Assembly: GCA_046262455.1 (NCBI GenBank)
Contig: JBHEMS010000044.1
Location: 1-60,458, forward strand
Length of the DNA stretch: 60,458 bases
Direction of reading: 5' to 3'
DNA from: Candidatus Dormibacteria bacterium
GTDB lineage: Bacteria; Chloroflexota; Dormibacteria; DASZGP01
The notes under the pieces are model-generated. The model did not search any database. It had not been told where the DNA came from and worked only from the letters and a program-made list of their open reading frames with translations. This document shows positions 1-9,485 of the stretch, piece after piece (position 1 is the first letter of the stretch; every line of letters starts with the position of its first letter). Made by a program: the position numbers and the translations under genes.

Positions 1-174
1 CTCGAAGATGGCGTAGTCCGCGACCACCGTCTTGCCCGAGGAGGTGGGGGCGGAAACCAGGACCCCGTGATGGGTACCGAGCTTGTGGATCGCCTCCACC
101 TGGAAAGGGTCCAGGGGGAAGGCCATGGTGGCCTGGAATGCCTCAAGCAGGTCGTCTCTGGGTGAATTCGGCAC
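1..174 (-). CDS. Ski2/HelY-like DEAD/DEAH-box helicase, N-terminal part (runs off window edge)
   Basis: Not in ORF track. Manual translation from GTG at 174 gives VPNSPRDDLLEAFQATMAFPLDPFQVEAIHKL...VLVSAPTSSGKTVVADYAIFE, with Q-motif (LDPFQ) and Walker A (APTSSGKT). Confidence 0.85.
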   Translation of the reverse strand, partial: MPNSPRDDLLEAFQATMAFPLDPFQVEAIHKLGTHHGVLVSAPTSSGKTVVADYAIFE

Positions 175-198
175 TCTGCTATATTGCATCCCTCTTCC

Positions 199-2103
199 AT
201 GAGCACCGAAGTACAGGCGCGTCCCGAGACTTCAGGGCTCGATTCCAAGGGGCCTTCCGGGGCAGACGCCGGCGGCCCGCGCTCGGCGGTCGCACCCGAC
301 GCCACCAGCGTCGAGCCGAAGGTTGCGACCGTCCCGGAGATGTTCCAGGGTACGGTCGAACGCCGCGCCCTCAAGGCCGCGCTGCTCTTCCGCGGCGGGG
401 GCCGCTGGAATGCCATCAGCTGGGAGCAGTATGCGCAGGGGGTGCGGCGGATGGCGGGCTTCCTTCTCAAGGAGGGGTTCGAGCATGGAGCGCGTGGCGC
501 GATCCTTTCCTACAACCGTCCGGAGTGGCACATCGCCGACCTTGCCATCCAGCACCTCGGCGGCTGTGTCGTCGGCATCTACCTGACCAACTCACCAGGG
601 CAGTGCCAGTACATCATCGACCACGCCGAAGCGCCGGTGCTGTTCGTCGAGAACCGCGAGCAACTGGCCAAGATCCTGCAGGTCCGTGACCAGCTGCCGC
701 GTCTCAAGCGCGTGGTATTGATCAGCGGCGAGCGCCGCGAGAGCGACGGCGACCTCGTGGTGAGCTGGCAGGACGCGCTGGCTCAGGGTGATGCCTATCA
801 CCTGAGTCACGCCGAGGTGTTCGAGCAGCGCTGGCGGGCGGTCAGGCCGGAGGACCTGGCGACCTTGATCTACACCTCCGGCACGACCGGGCCCCCCAAG
901 GCCGTGATGCTGGACCACGCCAACGTCACCTGGACGTGTGAGGCCCTGATCAACTGCACTTCGCTGACCGACCCCGACGACGATGCGATGATCTCCTACC
1001 TCCCCCTGGCCCACATCGCTGAGCGGATGGCGGGGCACATGCTGAACGTGTACAACGGTCACCGGCTGTATTTCGCCGAGGACCTCGCGCACCTTGGCGA
1101 GAACGTCAGGGATGCTCGCCCGACTTTCATGTTCGGCGTCCCACGGATCTGGGAGAAATACCAGCAGGGCGTTGAGGCCAAGCTTGTCGGGGGCGGGGTG
1201 AAGGGAGCAATCGCGCGCTGGGCGGTGAAGCAGGGATACCGGGCGATCGCCGCGCGGTTGGTGGGCCGCGACCCGGGCGCCACGTACCGCCTCGCCGACA
1301 GCCTCGCGCTGTCCAAACTGCGGCTCGCCCTGGGTCTCGACCGTGCCAGGGGCCTGTCCACTGGCGCCGCCCCCATCTCCCCCGAGACGCTGCGCTTCTA
1401 CTGGGCGATCGGGCTCGACCTGTTCGAGGTTTACGGCCAGTCTGAGGGCTGCGGCCCCACGACCACCAACCGCGAAGGGTATGCGCGCTTGGGAAGTGTC
1501 GGGCCCTGCGTCCCCGGTGTCGAGATCCGGCTTGCGGACGATGGTGAGGTCCTGGTCAAGGGCGGCAACGTCTTCCGGGGCTACTTCAAGGACGAGGCCG
1601 CCACGGTGGAGGCCCTGGATGCCGATGGCTGGCTGCACTCTGGGGACGTCGGGGTGATCGATGCCGACGGGTACCTGACCATCACCGATCGCAAGAAGGA
1701 TCTGATCATCACCGCCGGCGGGAAGAACATCTCGCCCTCGAACATCGAGGTCATGCTCAAGCGACACCCGTACATCGGTAACGCCGTGGCAATCGGCGAT
1801 CGCCGGCCGTACATGAGCGCGTTGCTGACCATCGACCCCGAGCAGGTTGAGGCACTGTCCAGGTCCGTCGGAGACGCCGACATCCTGCGGCTGCACGAGA
1901 ACCTTCGGGTCCACGAACTGTTCCAGAAGGCGGTGGACGCCGTGAACCAGGAGCTCAGCAATGTCGAGCGAATCAAGAAGTTCACGATCCTGCCGGCCGA
2001 CCTGTCACTGGAAGGCGGCGAGCTGACCCCCACCCTCAAGGTCAAGCGCAAGGTGGTGGCTGAGAAGTACGCCAAGCAGATAGAGGCACTCTACGCAGGC
2101 TGA
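199..2103 (+). CDS. Long-chain fatty acid-CoA ligase (AMP-dependent synthetase)
   Basis: AMP-binding motif YTSGTTGPPK, YGQSE, GWLHSGD, DRKKD; ATG at 199. Confidence 0.92.
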   Translation: MSTEVQARPETSGLDSKGPSGADAGGPRSAVAPDATSVEPKVATVPEMFQGTVERRALKAALLFRGGGRWNAISWEQYAQGVRRMAGFLLKEGFEHGARGAILSYNRPEWHIADLAIQHLGGCVVGIYLTNSPGQCQYIIDHAEAPVLFVENREQLAKILQVRDQLPRLKRVVLISGERRESDGDLVVSWQDALAQGDAYHLSHAEVFEQRWRAVRPEDLATLIYTSGTTGPPKAVMLDHANVTWTCEALINCTSLTDPDDDAMISYLPLAHIAERMAGHMLNVYNGHRLYFAEDLAHLGENVRDARPTFMFGVPRIWEKYQQGVEAKLVGGGVKGAIARWAVKQGYRAIAARLVGRDPGATYRLADSLALSKLRLALGLDRARGLSTGAAPISPETLRFYWAIGLDLFEVYGQSEGCGPTTTNREGYARLGSVGPCVPGVEIRLADDGEVLVKGGNVFRGYFKDEAATVEALDADGWLHSGDVGVIDADGYLTITDRKKDLIITAGGKNISPSNIEVMLKRHPYIGNAVAIGDRRPYMSALLTIDPEQVEALSRSVGDADILRLHENLRVHELFQKAVDAVNQELSNVERIKKFTILPADLSLEGGELTPTLKVKRKVVAEKYAKQIEALYAG

Positions 2104-2113
2104 GGCCGACGGC

Positions 2114-3079
2114 TTGCTGGTGGTGTCCACGGCACCCGCGCCGCCCGAGCTCTTTGCCGGCGCGTTGCCCGACGGCACCGAGGTGGTCCGCGCCGATCGC
2201 GAGCAGCTGTTGGGGCTTGCGCCCCGGGCAGACGTGGTCATCGGTGATTGGACACATGCCGTGCGCGTGGACCGGGCCATCATCGATCGGCTTGAGCGCT
2301 GCCGCCTGATACAGCAGCCCAGCGCTGGCTACGAGAACATCGACGTTTTGGCGGCGTCCGCCAAGGGCATCCCGGTGGCCAACGCGGGCCCGGCGAACGC
2401 TGGCGCGGTCGCCGAGCACGCGATCATGGGGGCGATCGCCTGCCTGCGGTTCCTGCGACTGGCGATCAACGACGCGGAGGCGGGCGAGTGGTCAGGCCAG
2501 GCGTGGCTGGACCGCGACCTCTGGGACCTCGGTGAGCGCACCGTCGGCATTCTCGGCATGGGGTCGATCGGTGAGGCCATCGCCATCAGACTGCGCGGCT
2601 TCGGCGCCAACGTCATCTACAGCAAGCGGCACCGTCTGAGCACGGAGGACGAGTCGCGGCTGGGGGTGTCGTACCGTGAGTTCGATGCACTGCTCCGTGA
2701 GAGCCAGGTCCTGGTGCTGGCGCTGCCGCTCAATGACGACACCCGCGGCCTGCTCGACCGCGAGCGGCTGGCGAGCCTGCCCCGGGGGGCGGTGGTAGTC
2801 AACATCGCCCGGGGTCCGATCATCGATACCGGGGCCCTTGCCGAACTGCTCCGCTCGGGCCACCTTCGCGGCGCTGCCCTCGACGTCTTCGACAGGGAAC
2901 CTTTGCCCGCCGGGCACGCCCTCGACGCGCTGCCCAACGTGTTGCTCACCCCGCACATCGCCGGCTCGACGGCGATCGCCAAGCGGGACATCCTCCTCAA
3001 CAGCCTGGCCAACGTAGCCCGTGCCTGCCGCGGGGAGGCGCCGCTGTTCGTGGTGAACGACCCGGAGGGGCAGCGATGA
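2114..3079 (+). CDS. D-isomer-specific 2-hydroxyacid dehydrogenase
   Basis: GILGMGSIG Rossmann motif, VNIARG, LDVF..EP, TPHIAG. Confidence 0.9.
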   Translation: MLVVSTAPAPPELFAGALPDGTEVVRADREQLLGLAPRADVVIGDWTHAVRVDRAIIDRLERCRLIQQPSAGYENIDVLAASAKGIPVANAGPANAGAVAEHAIMGAIACLRFLRLAINDAEAGEWSGQAWLDRDLWDLGERTVGILGMGSIGEAIAIRLRGFGANVIYSKRHRLSTEDESRLGVSYREFDALLRESQVLVLALPLNDDTRGLLDRERLASLPRGAVVVNIARGPIIDTGALAELLRSGHLRGAALDVFDREPLPAGHALDALPNVLLTPHIAGSTAIAKRDILLNSLANVARACRGEAPLFVVNDPEGQR

Positions 3080-3468
3080 GCGAGAAGCCGATTGTGATGA
3101 TCGTGGAGGACGAGGCGTCGCTGCAGAAGGTGCTGCAGATCCGGCTCCAGATCGAGGGGTTTGACGTCCGCACCGCGGGTGATGGCGAGGAGGCGCTGGC
3201 GATGATCCGTGAGGAGCGGCCGGACCTCGTGCTGACCGACCTGATGATGCCGATGATGGACGGGGCAGAGCTGACCCGGGCCATCAAGAGCGACCCCGAG
3301 TTGAAGGACATCCCGGTGCTGGTGCTGACCGCCCTCAAGGAGCAGCGCGAGCGCGAGAACCTGCTCGCGGCGGGCGCTGACGGCTTTGCGGCCAAACCCT
3401 ACAACTCGGCCGAGCTCACCTCCCGGATCCGGGACCTACTGGCCTCAGCGCGCGGCGGGGATTCCTGA
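3076..3468 (+). CDS. Single-domain response regulator (CheY-like receiver)
   Basis: VEDE, DLVLTDLMMPMMDG phosphoacceptor, LTA, KP; ATGA overlap with upstream gene. Confidence 0.9.
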   Translation: MSEKPIVMIVEDEASLQKVLQIRLQIEGFDVRTAGDGEEALAMIREERPDLVLTDLMMPMMDGAELTRAIKSDPELKDIPVLVLTALKEQRERENLLAAGADGFAAKPYNSAELTSRIRDLLASARGGDS

Positions 3469-3816
3469 GCGGAGCACCGTCCCGGCGAGCACCACCGCGA
3501 CAAGAGCAAACACCCCGCAAACGGCCACAACGCCAAGCGGGATCCCCATCCAGAGCAGGAAGAGTTGGGTGTTCCGCTCCTCCTCATCCACTCCCTCAGG
3601 CGCGGGACGTCCAACGTCCAGCGACAGCCACAGGTAACCCATCAGGAAAAACCCCAGCGCCAGCGCCAGGACCCCCGTGAAGGTGATCGCCAGCGCACCA
3701 AGGTGGAGCACGCGGATATCGAAGAAGTACCAGGCCGCCCCACACGCGAGGCTCGCGACAATCGAGAGCAGGTAGCGGTAGAGCGTCCGCCAGAAACCGA
3801 GCTCGACGGGTGGCAA
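3445..3816 (-). CDS. Small hypothetical membrane protein (about 3 TM)
   Basis: Three hydrophobic segments; lies downstream of and co-oriented with parA and its partner. Confidence 0.65.
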   Translation of the reverse strand: MPPVELGFWRTLYRYLLSIVASLACGAAWYFFDIRVLHLGALAITFTGVLALALGFFLMGYLWLSLDVGRPAPEGVDEEERNTQLFLLWMGIPLGVVAVCGVFALVAVVLAGTVLRSGIPAAR

Positions 3817-3842
3817 GAAATTGGTGTCCCGTCCCAGGGACG

Positions 3843-4190
3843 CTAGCTGATCGCGTCCCAGAGATGGTTGCGGAGGTCGTCGAGTTCCTCGAACGACTCG
3901 ATGGACGGCTTGGACTCGTGTATCTGGTGGGGGTACTTCATGCGCTGCACGGCCTCGATCAGCAGCTTGACCTGCCCTTCGGTGAGGTTGATCCGGTAGG
4001 CCTGGCGCTCACGGGACAGCGGCGCCGGCGCGGGGGCTGCGGGCGGGGTGGGGCTGGCCGGTTTCACCGCCTCGGCGGTGCGCCCGGCCAGGGAGTCGGC
4101 GGGTGCGATCTCCACGGGCTCTGGTTCGACCTTGGTGGGGCGGAAGAGCTCCTCCGATCCCACCAGGGACACGCGGTTGAACTTAGGCAT
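3843..4190 (-). CDS. Small ParA-associated protein (basic N-terminal peptide, Pro-rich linker, possible ribbon-helix-helix C-terminus)
   Basis: ATG at 4190 overlaps the parA stop; MPKFNRVSLVGSEELFRP...YRINLTEGQVKLLIEAVQRMK. Confidence 0.7.
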   Translation of the reverse strand: MPKFNRVSLVGSEELFRPTKVEPEPVEIAPADSLAGRTAEAVKPASPTPPAAPAPAPLSRERQAYRINLTEGQVKLLIEAVQRMKYPHQIHESKPSIESFEELDDLRNHLWDAIS

Positions 4191-4950
4191 GGGTAAGCAC
4201 CTCCTCTGCCAGCTGCCGGTAGGCCCTGGCACCGTCGGTGTCGCTAGCGTACTCGAGAATCGAGCGGCCGGCGGGCGGGCACTCCGCGAAGCGGATGCTG
4301 TCCTTGATGAAGAACGGGAAGACCTCGCCGCCATAGGCCTCCTTGACCAGGGCCAGGACCTCCTGGCTGTGGAGGGTCCGAGACTTGTAGATCGTGGGCA
4401 GGATTCCGCCCACCTTCAGGCGAGGGTTGAGGCGGTGGCGGACCATCTCGATGCTGCGTTGCAGCTGCTGCATGCCCTTCATGCCGAAGTACTCGCACTG
4501 CAGGGGGATGATGACCTCGTCGGAGGCCACCAGCGAGTTGATGGAAAGCAGCCCCAGGGAGGGCGGGCAATCGATGATGATCCAGTCGTAGAGCGGGTGG
4601 ACCGCCTCCAGTTTGTCGGCGAGGATCCGCTCACGGCCGATCTCGGTGACCATCTGCATCTCGGCCGCCGAGAGGTCGATGTTGGAGGGGATGAAGTCGA
4701 CCCTCATCAACTCGGCGCGCATGATCACGTCACGCGCCTGGACGACCGGGTCCACGAGAAGGTTGTGCACCGTCGACGCCAGCTCGTCGGGGCGCCGGAC
4801 GCCCATGTTGATGGTCAGGTGGGCCTGGGGGTCGAGGTCGATGAGGAGAACCCGCTGGTCCCGCTCCGCGAGCCCGGCGCCGAGGTTCACCGCCGTTGTG
4901 GTCTTGCCTACGCCGCCCTTCTGGTTGGCGATCGAGATCGTTTTGGTCAT
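4183..4950 (-). CDS. ParA/Soj family ATPase (orphan, no parB)
   Basis: MTKTISIANQKGGVGKTT deviant Walker A, IDLDPQ, IIDCPPSLG; ATG at 4950. Confidence 0.93.
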   Translation of the reverse strand: MTKTISIANQKGGVGKTTTAVNLGAGLAERDQRVLLIDLDPQAHLTINMGVRRPDELASTVHNLLVDPVVQARDVIMRAELMRVDFIPSNIDLSAAEMQMVTEIGRERILADKLEAVHPLYDWIIIDCPPSLGLLSINSLVASDEVIIPLQCEYFGMKGMQQLQRSIEMVRHRLNPRLKVGGILPTIYKSRTLHSQEVLALVKEAYGGEVFPFFIKDSIRFAECPPAGRSILEYASDTDGARAYRQLAEEVLTHA

Positions 4951-5029
4951 GGGTACCAGCGAGTTTAGCCTGTAGTCGCCTGAATTCGGACCGAGTTGGG
5001 GCTCTCGGACATTCCTATACTCGACCATC

Positions 5030-5755
5030 GTGTTCGCCCTCCCGGCCCTGACCACGGCGATATCACTGGCCTTTGCCGCCCAGGTGCTGGTTCAATACCG
5101 GGAGCGCCGGCGCTCCCACCAACTCGCGTGGGGCATCGCCCTCCTGTTCTATGCCGCCGGGGCGTTCCCTGAGGTGCTCGGCTCACTGTCCGGGTGGACG
5201 GACGTGGACTATCGCCTCTACTACCTCTTCGGCGCCATCCTGGTCGTCCCCTGGCTGGCGCTGGGCACCGCTGAGTTGCTTCTTCAGGGCGCCCGCGCGC
5301 GAATTGCCCGCTCAGGCTATCGCCTCTTCGTGGGCCTGGTCACGGTGATGGGGGTACTGGCGATTGCCACGGCCGGCCTTCACACCAGTTATCTGGGCGT
5401 CACGCACCCGCCTGACAACTGTGCGATGTACTGCCCGAGCCAGCACGGCTACGGCACCGGGAACATCCTGGCGCTGATCGCCGCCGCCGTGGGCAACACC
5501 GTGGGCACGATCGTGCTGGTGGTTGGCGCGGGGTACTCCGCGTACCGGACATACCGGGCGGGGCTGCCACGCAACCTGACCCTGGGGAACATCCTGATCC
5601 TCGCCGGGTCCCTGGTCGTCGCGTTCACCGCCACCCTGACGCGACTCAAGATCTACGAGCTCTTCTACCTCGGCCAGGCGGCCGGCATCGCGATCATCTT
5701 CAGTGGCTTCCTGCTGATCGCGACGGTGTCGCAGCCCCGCAGCCGGCTCGCCTGA
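5030..5755 (+). CDS. Hypothetical 7-TM membrane protein
   Basis: About 7 hydrophobic helices; TATACT -10 box 8 nt before the GTG start. Confidence 0.75.
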   Translation: MFALPALTTAISLAFAAQVLVQYRERRRSHQLAWGIALLFYAAGAFPEVLGSLSGWTDVDYRLYYLFGAILVVPWLALGTAELLLQGARARIARSGYRLFVGLVTVMGVLAIATAGLHTSYLGVTHPPDNCAMYCPSQHGYGTGNILALIAAAVGNTVGTIVLVVGAGYSAYRTYRAGLPRNLTLGNILILAGSLVVAFTATLTRLKIYELFYLGQAAGIAIIFSGFLLIATVSQPRSRLA

Positions 5756-5782
5756 GGGTCGGGTGATCGGGGCGTCCGGGAC

Positions 5783-6472
5783 ATGCCGGCAGTAGCCGAC
5801 CTCGCCATCCTCCTGGTCCTGCTGCTGGGCGTGTACATCGGGCTCGCGCGCGGCCTGTACGGACCGCTGGCGACCGAGGGCGCCTTCGTAGTCTCGATCC
5901 TCCTGGTCTCGCACCTTCACACGGGCCTCGACTCGTCTCTGCCCGTCGCCGGGCGCCTCGCCGTAAGTGCCGTGCTGGTTGGTGTTCTCACCTGGCTGCT
6001 GCGCGTTGCGCTGTCGCCGGTGGTGGCGATCCTCCGCCGCACGCCGGTTGTCGGGACTCTTGACCGTCCCGCGGGCGGCATAGTGCACGGGCTCGCGGCC
6101 CTGCTCTTGATGTATCTCCTGCTTGGGGTGATCCTGGACTTCGACCGCAATGTTTACCCGCTGCTGCAGGCCGGGGTGGTGACCGCACACCAGTTGCAGG
6201 ACTACCGCCAGGCCGTGGACCAGCGGCCATGGTTGCGGGGCTACGTCGACGACCAGGCGCTGCGGCAACAGCAGGCCCAGGCGCAGGCCTCGCGACAGCC
6301 GGTCACGGTCGATACCCTGGCCCGGGTGGAGGGCTTTCTAAACTTCTACCTGCAGGCCGTCCGCAACCCATTGCTGCAGTCACGGTTTGCCCCGATCATC
6401 AACAGGCTTGGAAGCCAGGTGCCGGGCGTCGGTCATCCCCGGCCTTATCTCGCCGGCGCGGTCCCACACTAG
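5783..6472 (+). CDS. CvpA (colicin V production) family membrane protein
   Basis: N-terminal D..ILLVLLLGVYIGLARGL and LDR.AGG pattern typical of CvpA. Confidence 0.7.
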   Translation: MPAVADLAILLVLLLGVYIGLARGLYGPLATEGAFVVSILLVSHLHTGLDSSLPVAGRLAVSAVLVGVLTWLLRVALSPVVAILRRTPVVGTLDRPAGGIVHGLAALLLMYLLLGVILDFDRNVYPLLQAGVVTAHQLQDYRQAVDQRPWLRGYVDDQALRQQQAQAQASRQPVTVDTLARVEGFLNFYLQAVRNPLLQSRFAPIINRLGSQVPGVGHPRPYLAGAVPH

Positions 6473-6484
6473 GAAGGAGAAGCC

Positions 6485-7687
6485 TTGCTCGATCTCTCAC
6501 TGACCCCCGAGCAGCAGCTGCTGGTCGACACCACGCGCCGATTTGTACGGACTGAGTTCCCAGACGAGATCCGAGAGAACGACCGGCTCCAGAAGTACAA
6601 CCCAGAAACGTTCCCCAAGCTCGCCCGACTGGGGCTCGCGGGCATCTGGATCCCCAGGCGATACGGCGGCGGGGGCATGGACTACCTTGCCTTTGGGCTG
6701 GTGATGGAGGAGCTGGAGTACGTCGACGCCGCGATTCGGACAGCGGCTTCGGTCCACAGCGGTCTCTGTAGTACCGGGGTTTTCCAGTGGGGCACCGAGG
6801 AGCAACGCGAGCGCCTGCTCAGGCCGCTCGCGGAGGGGTCACGGATGGGTGCGTTCGGGCTCACCGAGCCTGACGCCGGCAGCGATGCCGCGGCGATGCG
6901 CAGCACCGCCAGGCGGGAGGGCGACGCCTACATCCTCAACGGAGAGAAGGCCTGGGTCAGCTTCTGCGACTACGCTGACGACTTCCTGGTCTTCGCCAAG
7001 ACCGACCCGCAGGCGGGGCACGCGGGGATCACCGCCTTCCTGCTGCAGCGCGACAAGGTCCAGGGGTTCACCACCCACGGGTACAAGGACAAGCTCGGCC
7101 TAAGGGCGGGCAACACAGGCGCGCTGGTCTTCCAGGATGTCGAGATCCCCGCGGCCAACAGGATCGGGGAGGAGGGCGAGGGCTTCAAGGTCGCCATGAG
7201 CTGCCTCGATAACGGTCGGTTCACGGTGGCCGCCGGCGGGGCTGGGGCGATCAAGGCCTGCCTCGACCTGTCGGTCGACTATGCCCACGAGCGCAAGACG
7301 TTCGGCAAGGAGATCGGTCGCCACCAGCTGGTGCAGGCACGCATCGCGGCGATGCAGCGCGACTACGACATTACCCGGCTTCTGTACTTCAAGGCCGCGT
7401 GGCTGAAGAACAGCGGGGAGCGCAACACCCGCGAGACCGGGCTGGCCAAGTGGTTCGCCACCGAGGCCGCCTTCAGCGCCGCGGACTCCGCGGTCCAGAT
7501 CCTCGGTGCCTCCGGCTACTCCGGCGAGTACCCCGCGGAGCGCATCCTGCGCAACGCGCGCGCGCCGCGCATCTACGAGGGCACCAGCGAGATCCACCAG
7601 GTGATGCAGGCGGAGTACGCGCTGGGTTATCGCGCGGATCGCGAGCTTTCTCGCCCGCTACCGGCTTTCGAGCCCGACCAGGCTTGA
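6485..7687 (+). CDS. Acyl-CoA dehydrogenase
   Basis: GAFGLTEPDAGSD, LNGEKAW, QILGASG, IYEGTSEI; AGGAG RBS. Confidence 0.93.
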   Translation: MLDLSLTPEQQLLVDTTRRFVRTEFPDEIRENDRLQKYNPETFPKLARLGLAGIWIPRRYGGGGMDYLAFGLVMEELEYVDAAIRTAASVHSGLCSTGVFQWGTEEQRERLLRPLAEGSRMGAFGLTEPDAGSDAAAMRSTARREGDAYILNGEKAWVSFCDYADDFLVFAKTDPQAGHAGITAFLLQRDKVQGFTTHGYKDKLGLRAGNTGALVFQDVEIPAANRIGEEGEGFKVAMSCLDNGRFTVAAGGAGAIKACLDLSVDYAHERKTFGKEIGRHQLVQARIAAMQRDYDITRLLYFKAAWLKNSGERNTRETGLAKWFATEAAFSAADSAVQILGASGYSGEYPAERILRNARAPRIYEGTSEIHQVMQAEYALGYRADRELSRPLPAFEPDQA

Positions 7688-7722
7688 CCGCCGAGGCGAC
7701 CCAGGAGGCCGGGCTCCCCGTT

Positions 7723-8544
7723 ATGGGAACCGCCCGGACGGTGCGCGTCGCAGGCCGTGAAACGCGGTACCTCGAAGTGGGGGAGGGTCCGCCGATCCTG
7801 CTGGTTCACGGGTGGATCGGCAGCGCCGAAAACTTCCACAAATGGATGCCGGCGCTCGAGGGCCGCCGCAAGATGATCATTCCCGACCTCCCCGGTTTCG
7901 GGGAGACGCCGCCGCTGGCGGGGGAGCACAGCATCGCCGCACTGGCCGCTTTTCTCGAAGCGTTCACGGCCGCGATCGAGGTCGAGATGTTCGACCTCGG
8001 CGGGCTGTGCCTGGGCGCGACAGTCGCCCTCGAGCTGGCCCGGCGGGACCCCCAGCGCATCCGTCAGCTCGTGCTCCACACTCCCATCTACTCCAAGCGG
8101 GTGCTTTCGATGTCGTTCCGGGTGCAGACCGCGCTGGCGGGCAACGCCCTGGTTTTTGGGGCGGCGTCCTCGCTGGCGCGCAACCGACGCGTCAGCGACC
8201 TCTACAAGCGGTACATGGTCGAGGGCCCCGACGTGGACCAGTTCGACGCACGGGTCAACTTCATCAACCAGGTGCGGGCGACCCCTCGGGCCGCGCGGGA
8301 GTGGCTTCGCGATGCGCTGCGCCAGGACTACGAGGAGTGGCTTCGCGGTTGGGAGCAGCCGGTCCTGATGGTGGTCGCCGAGGATGATTCGATCCTCGAC
8401 ATGCGGGCCATGCAGCGTCTCACCGAGCAGATGCAGACCGCCGAGGTGGTGGTCGTCCCCGAGGCCGGCCACGGCTGGACCGATGCCCTTGTCCAGGCCC
8501 AGGCGGCGGCCATCTCTGGTTTCCTCGCGCGCGAGCCCATATGA
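7723..8544 (+). CDS. Alpha/beta-fold hydrolase with Cys at the nucleophile elbow
   Basis: LLVHGW, PDLPGFG, GLCLG elbow, EDD acid and AGH His; an in-frame TTG at 7684 is an alternative start. Confidence 0.85.
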   Translation: MGTARTVRVAGRETRYLEVGEGPPILLVHGWIGSAENFHKWMPALEGRRKMIIPDLPGFGETPPLAGEHSIAALAAFLEAFTAAIEVEMFDLGGLCLGATVALELARRDPQRIRQLVLHTPIYSKRVLSMSFRVQTALAGNALVFGAASSLARNRRVSDLYKRYMVEGPDVDQFDARVNFINQVRATPRAAREWLRDALRQDYEEWLRGWEQPVLMVVAEDDSILDMRAMQRLTEQMQTAEVVVVPEAGHGWTDALVQAQAAAISGFLAREPI

Positions 8545-8657
8545 CAGTGGTGTAGCGCCGTCTTAGCTGAAATCGGCCTCGCGCCGGGTACCATGGGAGA
8601 CACCCGGGACGGGAGTCCCCGCGATGGCGATCGGCCTGTCCGGGCAGGTGACCCACA

Positions 8658-9446
8658 ATGGCCATACTCATGTGCCGCCCCCAGCACTTCGGGGTCGAGT
8701 ACGAGATCAATCCCTGGATGCACGTCGAGCAGGGGGTTGACCGCGAGAAGGCCGGCTCCCAGTGGCAGGCGCTCTTTCGCGCTTACCAGGAGCTCGGCCA
8801 GGCCGTCGAACTGGTCGACCCCGTCCCGGGCCTCCCGGACATGGTGTTCACCGCCAACGCTGCCCTCGTCCACTGCGGCAAGGCGGTGCTCGCGCGCTTT
8901 CACCACCCGGAGCGGCAGGGGGAGGAACGCCATTGGCGCCGGGCGCTTTCGGACCGTGGGCTGCAGATCCTGGAGGTCTCCGGGGGAACCAGTTTTGAGG
9001 GTGCCGGTGACGCCCTGTTTGTCGGCGACCGGCTCTTTGCGGGCCACGGCTTTCGTACCGACGTCGCCGCGCACCGGGACCTGGCGCGGCTCCTCGGTGT
9101 CGAGGTGGTCTCACTGCACCTAGTGGACCCGCACTTCTATCACCTCGACACCTGCTTCTGCCCCCTGGCCCCGGAGGTCGTGATGTTTGCGCCGCACGCC
9201 TTCACCCGCGAGTCCGCGCGCCTGGTGCGAAGGCTCGTGCCCCACGTCATCGAGGTCTCGCCGGCACTGGCGCGCGACTTCATCTGCAATGGTGTGGTGG
9301 TGGGCGACCACCTGCTGTCCAGCACTGGCGTGGAGCAGATGGACGGGCAGCTCCACGGTGAGGGGTTGGCCGCCACCGCCTTCCCCATGACCGAGTTCCT
9401 CAAGGCCGGGGGCGGGGTCCGCTGCCTGACGCTGGAGTTGAACTAA
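8658..9446 (+). CDS. Amidinotransferase/dimethylarginine dimethylaminohydrolase (pentein) family protein
   Basis: YEINPWM, LPDMVFTAN, FEGAGD, YHLDT, GGGVRC catalytic Cys. Confidence 0.9.
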   Translation: MAILMCRPQHFGVEYEINPWMHVEQGVDREKAGSQWQALFRAYQELGQAVELVDPVPGLPDMVFTANAALVHCGKAVLARFHHPERQGEERHWRRALSDRGLQILEVSGGTSFEGAGDALFVGDRLFAGHGFRTDVAAHRDLARLLGVEVVSLHLVDPHFYHLDTCFCPLAPEVVMFAPHAFTRESARLVRRLVPHVIEVSPALARDFICNGVVVGDHLLSSTGVEQMDGQLHGEGLAATAFPMTEFLKAGGGVRCLTLELN

Positions 9447-9485
9447 ACGCCGCGCGCTGAACTCGGGCTGCCGGCCGGGGTCGAG

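Noticed and set aside
8550-8600. Guanidine-III riboswitch-like words (AAGACGGCGC on the minus strand)
   Set aside because: Wrong strand for the pentein gene and the pseudoknot partner is missing.
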